Positions 26,497-35,541 of a stretch of 64,000 bases of DNA are shown piece by piece. The notes beneath the pieces were generated by a model. That model was not told the origin of the DNA. It did not search any database and worked only from the letters and a program-made list of their open reading frames with translations. The DNA lies in assembly GCA_018241745.1 (NCBI GenBank), contig JAFEDG010000140.1:15098-79097 (forward strand). Reading direction: 5' to 3'. Origin of the DNA: Pseudomonadota bacterium (GTDB lineage Bacteria > Pseudomonadota > Gammaproteobacteria > Burkholderiales > Casimicrobiaceae). Positions within the stretch are counted from its first letter, which is position 1. Each line of letters opens with the position of its first letter. The position numbers and the translations under genes are program-made.

Positions 26497-27843
26497 ATGA
26501 ACGAAGAACCGCCGCCGCCACCGGAATCCCGGCCCGCCCGCCGCTTCGTGCTCAGCCGCCCGATGCGGCCCGCGTTCGCGCTGCGGCCGTGGCTGCGGCG
26601 CGCGGTGCACGTCGCGATGGCCGTCGTCGTCGGCATCGTGTGCACGGTGTTCGCCGGCATCGCCGATGTCGCAAGCCACTACGCCGCGGTCTGGTTCGCG
26701 CGCTGGCCGTGGGCCGCGCTGGGCGTGATGCCGGCCTCGCTCGTGGTGGCCGTCTACGTGACGCGCCGCTGGTTCCCGACCGCCGCGGGCAGCGGCATCC
26801 CGCAGGTGCTCGCGGCGCTCGAGACCGACGACCTCGCGTGGCGCAAGCGGCTGCTGTCGGTGGGCGTTGCGCTCGCCAAGATCGTGCTGGTACTGCTGGC
26901 GCTGCTGGCGGGCGCCGCGGTGGGCCGCGAAGGGCCCTCCGTGCACGTGGCGGCGGCACTGATGTTCGCGCTCGCGAGCATCGGGGCGCTCAAGTTCTCG
27001 CGGGACACGAGCAGCCTGATCCTCGCCGGGGCCGGTGCCGGCATCGCGAGCGCGTTCAACACGCCGCTCGGCGGCATCGTGTTCGTGCTCGAGGAGCTGT
27101 CGCGTCACCGGGCGTTCCGCGCCCACAGCCAGACGCTCGTCGCGGTGATCGGCGCGGGCCTCGCGTCCGTGCTGCTCGTCGGCAAATACACGTACTTCGG
27201 CGTCGTGCGCACGACGCTCCCGGATTCGAGCGCGTGGGTAGCGGTGGCCGCGGCGGGCCTGGTGGGCGGCGTCGCCGGGGGCGCGTTCGCGCGCGCCTGC
27301 ACCGCCGTCGGCGATGTGCTCCCCACGCGCATCCAGGTGGGCCTCGTCGCGCATCCGTTGCGCGCCGCAGCCGTGTGCGGCCTGCTGCTCGCGGGCCTCG
27401 CGCTGGTCACGCACGGCGCGACGATGGGCACGGGCTACGGCATCACGAAGGCGCTCGTCGACGGCCAGACGGGGGTCGTGGGGCTGGAGTACGCGCCCGC
27501 GCGGATGGCGGCCACCTATCTCGCGTTTCTCGCCGGCATCCCGGGCGGGCTGTTCGCCCCGTCACTGGCCGTCGGTGCCGGCATCGGCTCGTTGCTGCAC
27601 GCCGCGATGCCGACGGTGCCGCTGGGCTCGCTGGCGCTGCTCGCGATGGTCGGCTACCTGGCCGCGGTGACCCAGTCGCCGATCACGTCGTTCGTCATCA
27701 CGATGGAGATGACCGCCAACCAGGAGCTGCTGCTGCCGATGATGGCGGTTGCCGTGATCGCGTTCGGCGTGTCGCGCGCGTTGTGCCCGGCGCCCATCTA
27801 CGACGCACTCGCGCGCAGCTGGCGGCCACCGCCTCAGCCCTGA
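26497..27843 (+). CDS. ClC-family chloride channel/antiporter
   Basis: Selectivity-filter motifs GSGIPQV and GREGPSVH, then GIPGGLFAPSL. Confidence 0.85.
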   Translation: MNEEPPPPPESRPARRFVLSRPMRPAFALRPWLRRAVHVAMAVVVGIVCTVFAGIADVASHYAAVWFARWPWAALGVMPASLVVAVYVTRRWFPTAAGSGIPQVLAALETDDLAWRKRLLSVGVALAKIVLVLLALLAGAAVGREGPSVHVAAALMFALASIGALKFSRDTSSLILAGAGAGIASAFNTPLGGIVFVLEELSRHRAFRAHSQTLVAVIGAGLASVLLVGKYTYFGVVRTTLPDSSAWVAVAAAGLVGGVAGGAFARACTAVGDVLPTRIQVGLVAHPLRAAAVCGLLLAGLALVTHGATMGTGYGITKALVDGQTGVVGLEYAPARMAATYLAFLAGIPGGLFAPSLAVGAGIGSLLHAAMPTVPLGSLALLAMVGYLAAVTQSPITSFVITMEMTANQELLLPMMAVAVIAFGVSRALCPAPIYDALARSWRPPPQP

Positions 27844-28793
27844 GCCGGCGCGCTGGCGCGCTCGAGCGTCTCCAGCATCGCGCGGTCGAGCGTCAGCCGC
27901 GTGGCCCCGAGCAGCTCGTCGAGCTGCGCGAGCGTCGTCGCGCTGGCAATCGGCGCGGTGACGCCGGGACGCGTCAGCAGCCACGCGATCGCCACCTGGC
28001 CCGGCCTGGCGCCGAGCGCCGCGGCCACCGCGTCCAGCGCGTCGAGGATGCGCAGGCCGCGCGGGTTCAGGTACTTCGCATTGGAGCGCGCCCGACTGCT
28101 CGCCGCGATCGACGCGTCCGTCCGGTACTTGCCCGTCAGGAAGCCGCTGGCGAGCGCGTAGTAGCAGACGACGCCGATGTCCTCGGCGATGCACAGGTCC
28201 GCGAGCGGGCCTTCGAATACGTCGCGGTCGTACAGGTTGTACAGCGGCTGGATCACCTCGTAGCGCGGCAGGCCCAGGCGCTGGCTCGTCGCGAGCGCGT
28301 CGGCGAGCTGCGCGGCGCTGTGGTTGGACGCCCCGAGCGCGCGCACCTTGCCCGCGGCCACCAGCCTGCCGAACGCCTCGAGCGTCTCGTCGAGGGGCAC
28401 GGACGGGTCGGGGTTGTGCGCGAAATAGAGGTCGATGTAGTCGGTGCGCAACCGCTCGAGCGAAGCCTCGGCCGCCCGCACGATGTACGCCGCGCGCAAC
28501 CCCTTCCGGTCGTCGCCCATCGGGTTGCCGACCTTGGTCGCGATGACGACCCGCTCCCGGCCACCGCGCTGCGCGAGCCAGTCGCCGATGATCGTTTCCG
28601 ACTCGCCGCCGTGATTGCCGGGTGCCCAGGTGGAATACACGTCCGCCGTGTCGATCATGTCGAAGCCGGCGCCTATGTACGCATCCAGCAGCGCGTGCGA
28701 CGTACGCAGGTCCGCGGTCCAGCCGAACACGTTGCCGCCGAACACCAGCGGTGCGGTCGTGAGGGAGCTCCTGCCTAGCCTTCGTCGTTGCAC
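27834..28793 (-). CDS. aldo/keto reductase
   Basis: Motifs LGRSSLTTAPLVFGGNVFGW, DTADVYS and YIDLYFAH. Length 319 aa. Confidence 0.9.
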   Translation of the reverse strand: MQRRRLGRSSLTTAPLVFGGNVFGWTADLRTSHALLDAYIGAGFDMIDTADVYSTWAPGNHGGESETIIGDWLAQRGGRERVVIATKVGNPMGDDRKGLRAAYIVRAAEASLERLRTDYIDLYFAHNPDPSVPLDETLEAFGRLVAAGKVRALGASNHSAAQLADALATSQRLGLPRYEVIQPLYNLYDRDVFEGPLADLCIAEDIGVVCYYALASGFLTGKYRTDASIAASSRARSNAKYLNPRGLRILDALDAVAAALGARPGQVAIAWLLTRPGVTAPIASATTLAQLDELLGATRLTLDRAMLETLERASAPAQG

Positions 28794-28797
28794 GGGA

Positions 28798-29694
28798 TCA
28801 CCCCATCAGGTACGCCCGGCTGTCCTCGAAGAAGTGCGGGCCGTCATCGGAGCGGACGGCGGTGCCGACGCCTTCGGCCGTCAGCACCTCGAGCAGCAGC
28901 GCGCTGGGCACGCCGCCGTCGATGATGTGGACCGAGCGCACGCCTTCGCGCACCGCGTCGAGCGCCGCTGTGAGCCGCGGGCGCATGCCGCCCTGTACGA
29001 CGTCGTCGCGCAGCAGCGCCTGCGCGTCGCTGGCGGTGAGCACGTACGCGAGCTTGCCGTCGCGGCCGTGCACGCCGTCGATGTTGGTCATCAGCACGAG
29101 CTTCTCGGCGGTGAGCGCGCGCGCGATCTGCCCGGCGAGGTGGTCCGAGTTGATGTGGTAAGCGGTGCCGTCGCGGCCGACGCCGATCGGCATCACGACG
29201 GGAATGAACTGGCGGGACAGCATCAGCGTGATCAGCGACGGATCGATCGCGTCCACCTCGCCGACGAAGCCCATCGCGCCCGCGTCGGCGCCCGCGAGCG
29301 GCCGCGCGCGAATGAACGCGCCGTCCTGGCCGTCGAGGCCGATCGCCTTGGCACGGTGGCGGTTGATGAGGCCCACGAGCTCCTGGTTGAGCTCGGACAA
29401 CGCCATCTCGATGACCGTCAGCGTCCGCTCGTCGGTCACGCGCACGCCGTTGCGCCGCTCGGTGGGGATGCCCATCCTGGCCGTCAGCTCGTCGACGCGC
29501 CAGCCGCCGCCGTGCACGACGACCGGCCGCATGCCGACCAGCTGCAGCAACGCGACGTCGCGCGCGAAGCCCTCGCGCAGCGCGGGATCGGCCATCGCGT
29601 GCCCGCCGAAGCGGATGACCAGCGTCTTGCCGTGGAACGCGCGGATGTAGGGCAGCGCCTCGGCGAGGACGCGGGCTTTGGTATGGGCGGACAT
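28798..29694 (-). CDS. amino-acid-kinase family protein, divergent acetylglutamate kinase (ArgB) homologue
   Basis: In-frame ATG 29694. It aligns end to end with ArgB (LAEALPYIRAFHGKTLVIRFGGHAM...VVVHGGGWRVDEL...HINSD...GGMRPRLTAALDA). Arg occupies both positions where NAGK has its catalytic Lys. Confidence 0.75.
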   Translation of the reverse strand: MSAHTKARVLAEALPYIRAFHGKTLVIRFGGHAMADPALREGFARDVALLQLVGMRPVVVHGGGWRVDELTARMGIPTERRNGVRVTDERTLTVIEMALSELNQELVGLINRHRAKAIGLDGQDGAFIRARPLAGADAGAMGFVGEVDAIDPSLITLMLSRQFIPVVMPIGVGRDGTAYHINSDHLAGQIARALTAEKLVLMTNIDGVHGRDGKLAYVLTASDAQALLRDDVVQGGMRPRLTAALDAVREGVRSVHIIDGGVPSALLLEVLTAEGVGTAVRSDDGPHFFEDSRAYLMG

Positions 29695-29847
29695 GCGGGG
29701 AGCGGGCACGGCAAGTGGGGGCAAGCGGGTATCGTACCCCGGCGCGCTTGCGTTTCGCGCGCGCGGTCCCCACGTCGCAGGACGGGCCGTCCCGCGTGGA
29801 CGGCGTACACTCGATCGGGCGCGCATCACCCGCGAGCTCGAGCAAAT

Positions 29848-30819
29848 ATGACCGAAACTTCCGGCTGGGCCTTTCCCGATGCCTACCAACCGCAGGCGGA
29901 CGACGTCGCGTTCGACATCGACCGCGTGACGTCGTCGGTCGTGCGGCTCAAGGCGGAGGTGCCCGACGACGCGTTCACGGCGCCGATGCTCGGCACCGAG
30001 CGCGCGGGCAACGGCATCGTCATCGGCGACACGGGGCTCGTGCTGACCATCGGCTACCTGGTTACCGAGGCGCAGTCGATCTGGCTCACGACGGAGAAGG
30101 GGGGCGTGGTGCCCGCCTATCCGCTGTTGTACGACTTCGCAAGCGGCTTCGGCCTCGTGCAGGCGATGGCCCCGCTGGGGCTGCCCGCGCTGCCGCTCGG
30201 CAGCGCCGTGGACGTCGATGCCGGTGACGAGATCGTCGTCGTCGGCTTCGGCGGCCGCCCGCACGCGCTGAAGGCGCAGCTGTTCGCCAAGCGGGAGTTC
30301 GCGGGCTACTGGGAATACGTGCTCGACGAGGCGCTGTTCACCACGCCCGCGCATCCGGAATGGAGCGGCGCGGCGCTGGTCGACCGGCGCGGGCGCCTGG
30401 TCGGCGTCGGCTCGCTGTTCGTCCAGGAGCAGCACGACGACGAAGCGGTGCAAGGCAACATGTTCGTGCCCATCGACCTCGTGTCGCCGTTGCTCGCCGA
30501 CGTCGCCGCGGGCGGCTCGGCGCGACCGGCGCGGCCATGGCTGGGTCTCTACGCGGCCGACGAAACCGAGGGGCTCGTCGTCAACGGCATCGCGCGCGCG
30601 GCGCCGGCCGATCGTGCGGGCGTCAAGCCGGGCGACGTAGTCGTCGCGGTGGGCGGCGTGCCGGTACAGGGCCTTGCGGAGCTGTTCCGCAGCGTATGGC
30701 GCACCGGCCCGGCCGGCGCGCCGGTGGACCTGACGCTGATGCGCGACGGCAAGCGCGTCGACGTGCAGGTCCAGTCGGCCGACCGCGCGAGCTTCCTCAA
30801 GAAGCCGTCGCTACAGTAG
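29848..30819 (+). CDS. trypsin-fold + PDZ protein (S1C/DegP-like) without signal peptide and without the canonical catalytic His
   Basis: In-frame ATG 29848. Compare GNGIVIGDTGLVLTIGYLV with DegP GSG..I...G.vvTNnHVv, and HPEWSGAALVD with GNSGGALVN. The C-terminal PDZ-like region is GLVVNGIARAAPADRAGVKPGDVVVAVGG. Confidence 0.7.
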   Translation: MTETSGWAFPDAYQPQADDVAFDIDRVTSSVVRLKAEVPDDAFTAPMLGTERAGNGIVIGDTGLVLTIGYLVTEAQSIWLTTEKGGVVPAYPLLYDFASGFGLVQAMAPLGLPALPLGSAVDVDAGDEIVVVGFGGRPHALKAQLFAKREFAGYWEYVLDEALFTTPAHPEWSGAALVDRRGRLVGVGSLFVQEQHDDEAVQGNMFVPIDLVSPLLADVAAGGSARPARPWLGLYAADETEGLVVNGIARAAPADRAGVKPGDVVVAVGGVPVQGLAELFRSVWRTGPAGAPVDLTLMRDGKRVDVQVQSADRASFLKKPSLQ

Positions 30820-30883
30820 GGGGCCGGCCGGCCCTCGCGCTCCGCCGCGCCTGCGCGTCCGGCCGCGCCCGCGTTACCCGCCG

Positions 30884-32329
30884 CTACTTCGACGTCAGCG
30901 CCGCGGCGTCCGCGCGGTAGTCCCACCCGCCGCCTAGCGCCTTGGCGAGATCGACGAACGACTGGCGCAGGTTCTTCGCCGCCTCGATCTGCAGCGTCTG
31001 CGCCTGCAGCAGCTGGCGTTGCGCGTCGAGCACCTCGAGGTAAGGCGAGTAGCCCGACTGGTAACGCAGCGTCGACAGCTCCAGCGCGCTGGCGAGCGCG
31101 TTGGCCCGCTGCGTCTGCGCGGCGAGCGCGTCGCGCGAGTACGTGTTCTCGGCGATCGCATCATGCGCGTCGCGGAACGCGGACTGCACGGTCTGCGTGT
31201 ACGTGACCAGCAGCAGGTCGCGCTGCGCCGTCGTGAGTTCGACGTTGCCCTTGATCGTCTGGAAGTTGAGCAGCGGCTGCGCGAGCCCCGCACCGATGCT
31301 CCAGACGGCCGCGGGGCCGCTGAACAGCGCCGACAGCGCGCCGGATTCCGAACCGTACGTGCCCGTGAGCGCGATCGACGGGAAGTAATCGGCGCGCGCG
31401 ACGTCGATGCGCAGGTTGGCGGCCGCGATCTGCGCCTCGACCTGGCGGATGTCGGGGCGGCGCGCGAGCAGGTCGGACGGCAGGTCGCCGGCGAGCGGCG
31501 GCACGGTCACGTACAGCTTCAGCGTCGGGTCGCGCACGATCGTCGGCGTGAACACCTCGCGCGGCGAGCGGCCGAGGACCGTGGCCAAGGCGGACTCGGC
31601 GGTCGCCACCATCCGCCGCGCGGTCGCGACGTCGGCGATGACGCTCGCGTATTCCGCTTCCGACGCACGGAAGTCGTACTCGCCGATGACGCCGGCGTCG
31701 TAGCGGTCGCGCTGCAGGTCGAGCGCGTCCTTCCGGTACCTGGCCGTCTCCAGCAGCAGCTTGAGCTCGGCGTCGAGCGCCTGCAGCGTGAAGTATGCGG
31801 ACGCGGTCGTTGCGGCCACCGACGTGCGCACCGTCTCGCGCGCATACGCGGACGCCAGCAGGTCGTCGCGCGCCGCCTTGTTCGCGTTGCGATACTTGCC
31901 CCACAGGTCGAGCTCGTACGACGCCGTGACGCCTGCGCGGTAGTCGTTGCCCACGGTCTGCACGCCGGGCACCGCGTACGTGGTCGACTGGCTGATCCGC
32001 GCGCGGCCGGCATCCACGTTGCCGGTGAGGCTCGGGAACAGCGGGCCCTGCGACGTCGTGACGAGCGCGCGTGCCGCGTCCACGCGCGCCATCGCGGTGG
32101 CGAGGTCGAGGTTGTTGGCGAGCGCTTCGGCGACGAGCTTGTCGAGCTGCGGGTCGTTGAAGCGCTTCCACCACTCGTCCAGCGCCAGCGTGTCGGGCGC
32201 GGTCAGCGGGGGCAGGTCGAGCTGCGGCGGGTCCTTGGCGACGCTCGCACAGCCGGCGAGCGCCACCGCGAGCGCGAGGGCGCCGACGCGGCGCGCGAAG
32301 GTGGCGTGGTTATGCATGAGTTCGGACAT
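30884..32329 (-). CDS. RND efflux outer-membrane factor lipoprotein (NodT/OprM family)
   Basis: The in-frame ATG (MSELMHNH...) is at about 32329. The lipobox is LAGC. Family-typical features are WWKRFNDPQLDKLV and two OEP repeats. Confidence 0.9.
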   Translation of the reverse strand: MSELMHNHATFARRVGALALAVALAGCASVAKDPPQLDLPPLTAPDTLALDEWWKRFNDPQLDKLVAEALANNLDLATAMARVDAARALVTTSQGPLFPSLTGNVDAGRARISQSTTYAVPGVQTVGNDYRAGVTASYELDLWGKYRNANKAARDDLLASAYARETVRTSVAATTASAYFTLQALDAELKLLLETARYRKDALDLQRDRYDAGVIGEYDFRASEAEYASVIADVATARRMVATAESALATVLGRSPREVFTPTIVRDPTLKLYVTVPPLAGDLPSDLLARRPDIRQVEAQIAAANLRIDVARADYFPSIALTGTYGSESGALSALFSGPAAVWSIGAGLAQPLLNFQTIKGNVELTTAQRDLLLVTYTQTVQSAFRDAHDAIAENTYSRDALAAQTQRANALASALELSTLRYQSGYSPYLEVLDAQRQLLQAQTLQIEAAKNLRQSFVDLAKALGGGWDYRADAAALTSK

Positions 32330-32334
32330 GATCG

Positions 32335-35300
32335 TCACACTCCCGAATGGCTGGGCGTGGCACCGCCCGCGGCCGGCGGCGGCTGGTGATGATCCAGCTC
32401 GTCGAAGATTTCCTGCGTCGAGCGGTTCTCGGTCACGTGCCGGTCGAAGATGATCTTGAAGAACAGCGGCACGAAGAAGATGGCGAGGAACGTCGCGGCC
32501 ACCATGCCGCCGGCGACGCCCGTGCCCACCGAATGACGCGCGCCGGCGCCGGCGCCGGTGGACAGCGCCAGCGGGAGCACGCCGAAGATGAACGCGAGCG
32601 ACGTCATCAGGATCGGGCGGAACCGCAGCCGGGCGCCTTCGACCGCCGCCGCGGAGGCCGACAGGCCTTCCTCGTGCTTGTACAGCGCGAACTCGACGAT
32701 CAGGATCGCGTTCTTGGCAGCGAGACCCAGCAGCGTGACGAGGCCGATCTGGAAGTACACGTCGCTGGTGAGTCCGCGTCCCCAGACGGCGACGAGCGCG
32801 CCGAACGTGCCGAACGGCAGTGCCATCAGCACGGCGAGCGGCAGCGACCAGCGCTCGTACTGCGCCGACAGGATCAGGAACACCATGATCACCGCCAGGC
32901 CCAGCGCAAACGTCGACGCGCCGCCGGACTTCTTCTCCTGGTACGACGAGCCGCCCCAGTCGAAGCTGAAGTCCGTCGGCAGCACCTCGTTCGCGATCTG
33001 CTCGACGCGCGCGATCGCCTGGCCCGAGCTGTAGCCGGGTGCCGCCTGGCCGATGATCTTGACCGCCGGCAGGTTGTTGAAGCGATCGAGCGAGTCCGGT
33101 CCCGACGTGTACTTGACGGTCACGAGCGCCGACAGCGGGATCATCGCGCCGCTGTTCGAGCGCACGTAGACCCCGGTGATGTCGTCCGGCTTCTTGCGGA
33201 ACTCCTTCTCCGACGACAGCAGCACCTGCCACGTGCGGCCGTACTTGTTGAAGTCGTTGACGTAGTAGGCGCCCATCGTCGCCGACAGCGCGTTGAAGAT
33301 GTCGCTGATGGCGACGCCGGACTTCTTCGCCTTCTCGCGATCGACGTCGACGTACAGCTGCGGCACCGCCGCGTGCCACAGCGTCTGCGCGCCGCCCAGC
33401 ATCGGGTCCGAATTGGCGCGCGCGAGGAACGCGTCCTTCACCTCGTTGAGGCGCTTGGCGCCGCCGTCGCCACGGTTCTGGATGTAGAACTCGTAGCCGC
33501 CCGTCGTGCCCAGGCCGAAGATCGGCGGCGGGTTGAACGCGAGCACCAATGCCTCCTTGATGCCGGCCGTCTTCATGAACAGCTCGCCGACCAGTTGCTT
33601 CGCGGTGACACTGCGCTCGTCCCACGGCTTCTGCGTGACGAATATCGTCGCCGCGTTGTTGCGGAAGCCGCCGCCGATGAAGTCGAAGCCGGTGAACGAG
33701 ATGACGTCCTGGTTGTTGTCGTTGCTGCGGATGGCGGCCTCGACCTGCTCGACGACCTTCTGCGTTCGCTGCAGGGTCGCGCCGTCCGGCAGGATGACCG
33801 CGCTGATGTAATAGCCCTGGTCCTCGTCGGGGACGAGGCTGCCGGGCACGATGCGCCACATGAAGGCCGCCGCGGCCACCATGACGAGGAACAGCGTGAC
33901 GCCCACGACGCCGCGCCGGATGAGCCATGCCACGCCGTGCGTGTAGCGGTTGCGCACGCCTTCGAACCAGCGGTTGAACGCGCGGAAGAAGCGGTTGGGC
34001 TCGGTGTGCGGCTTGAGGATCAGCGAGCACAACGCAGGCGACAGCGTCAGCGCGACGATGCCGGAGATCACCACCGAGATCGAGATCGTGACGGCGAACT
34101 GGCGGTAGAGCTCGCCCGTCAGGCCGCCCAGGAACGCGATCGGCACGAACACGGACACGAGCGTCAGCACGATGGCGATGATCGGGCTCGTGACCTCGCT
34201 CATCGCCTTGATCGCGGCATCCTTCGGCGCGAGTCCCTCCTCGCGCATGATCCGCTCGACGTTCTCGAGCACGACGATCGCGTCGTCGACGACGATGCCG
34301 ATGGACAGCACCATCGCGAACAGCGTCAGCGTGTTGATCGAATAGCCGAGCATGTAGACGCCGGCGAACGTGCCGATCAGCGCCACCGGCACCGCAGCGA
34401 ACGGGATGATCGCCGCGCGCCAGCTCTGCAGGAACACATAGACGACGATGAACACGAGGATCATCGCCTCGATCAGCGTCTTCACGACTTCACGGATCGA
34501 GACCTCGACGAAGCGCGTCGTGTCGTACGGGACCTTGTACGCGAGTCCTTCAGGGAACTTCTGCGCGAGCTGGGCCAGCAGCTTGTTGGACGCGTCGGCC
34601 ACGGCCAGCGCGTTGGCGCCCGGCGACAGGAAGATACCGACGAGGGTCGCGGAATGGCCGTTGTAGCGGCCGTCGAACTCGTAGTCCTTGGACCCGAGCT
34701 CGACGCGCGCGATGTCGCCGAGTCGCACCGTCGAGCCGTCGGGATTGGCGCGCACGATGATCCGCTCGAACTCCTTGGGATCGGCGAGGCGTCCCTTCGT
34801 CGTGACGGTATAGACGAGATCCTGGCCGTTCTCGTTGGGCGCCTGTCCCACCTTGCCGGCGGCGAACTGCGCGTTCTGGTCGTTGATGGCCGAGATCACG
34901 TCGGCCGGCGTGAGCTTGAGCTGCGCGAGCTTGTCCGGACGCATCCAGATCCGCATTGCGTAGTCCTTGGCGCCGAAGATCTGCACGTTCGTCGTGCCCG
35001 GCAGGCGCTTGATCTCGTCGAGCACGTTCAGCGTGACGTAGTTCGACGTGAACAGGTCGTTGAACCGCCCGTCGGGCGAGTAGAACGCGACGACCTGCAG
35101 GAACGACGAGCTGCCGCGCTCGACGGTCACGCCCTGCCGGCGCACTTCCTCCGGCAGCCGCGACAGCACCTGGTTGACGCGGTTGTTGACGTTCACCGTC
35201 GCGATGTCGATATCGGTGCCGATGTCGAACGTGACCTGGATCTGCACGACGCCGTTGGACGCCGAGTTCGAGCTCATGTACATCATGTTCGGAATGCCGT

Positions 35301-35511
35301 TGATGGCATTCTCGAGCGGCGCGGCGACCGTCTCCTCGATGACGGTTGCGGACGCCCCCGGGTAGACGGCGGACACCGTGACGACCGGCGGCGCGATCTC
35401 TGGGTATTGCGCGATCGGCAGCGTGCGCAGCGACGCAAGGCCCGCGAGGACGATGAAGATCGAGATGACCGCCGCGAAGATCGGGCGGTCGATGAAGAAT
35501 CGGGAGAGCAT
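32335..35511 (-). CDS. RND multidrug efflux permease (AcrB/MexB type)
   Basis: 1058 aa. The N-terminus is MLSRFFIDRPIFAAVISIFIVLAG, with 12-TM HAE1 architecture. Confidence 0.95.
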   Translation of the reverse strand: MLSRFFIDRPIFAAVISIFIVLAGLASLRTLPIAQYPEIAPPVVTVSAVYPGASATVIEETVAAPLENAINGIPNMMYMSSNSASNGVVQIQVTFDIGTDIDIATVNVNNRVNQVLSRLPEEVRRQGVTVERGSSSFLQVVAFYSPDGRFNDLFTSNYVTLNVLDEIKRLPGTTNVQIFGAKDYAMRIWMRPDKLAQLKLTPADVISAINDQNAQFAAGKVGQAPNENGQDLVYTVTTKGRLADPKEFERIIVRANPDGSTVRLGDIARVELGSKDYEFDGRYNGHSATLVGIFLSPGANALAVADASNKLLAQLAQKFPEGLAYKVPYDTTRFVEVSIREVVKTLIEAMILVFIVVYVFLQSWRAAIIPFAAVPVALIGTFAGVYMLGYSINTLTLFAMVLSIGIVVDDAIVVLENVERIMREEGLAPKDAAIKAMSEVTSPIIAIVLTLVSVFVPIAFLGGLTGELYRQFAVTISISVVISGIVALTLSPALCSLILKPHTEPNRFFRAFNRWFEGVRNRYTHGVAWLIRRGVVGVTLFLVMVAAAAFMWRIVPGSLVPDEDQGYYISAVILPDGATLQRTQKVVEQVEAAIRSNDNNQDVISFTGFDFIGGGFRNNAATIFVTQKPWDERSVTAKQLVGELFMKTAGIKEALVLAFNPPPIFGLGTTGGYEFYIQNRGDGGAKRLNEVKDAFLARANSDPMLGGAQTLWHAAVPQLYVDVDREKAKKSGVAISDIFNALSATMGAYYVNDFNKYGRTWQVLLSSEKEFRKKPDDITGVYVRSNSGAMIPLSALVTVKYTSGPDSLDRFNNLPAVKIIGQAAPGYSSGQAIARVEQIANEVLPTDFSFDWGGSSYQEKKSGGASTFALGLAVIMVFLILSAQYERWSLPLAVLMALPFGTFGALVAVWGRGLTSDVYFQIGLVTLLGLAAKNAILIVEFALYKHEEGLSASAAAVEGARLRFRPILMTSLAFIFGVLPLALSTGAGAGARHSVGTGVAGGMVAATFLAIFFVPLFFKIIFDRHVTENRSTQEIFDELDHHQPPPAAGGATPSHSGV

Positions 35512-35541
35512 GGTAGGGGCCTTCGCGCGCGATGACGGCGA

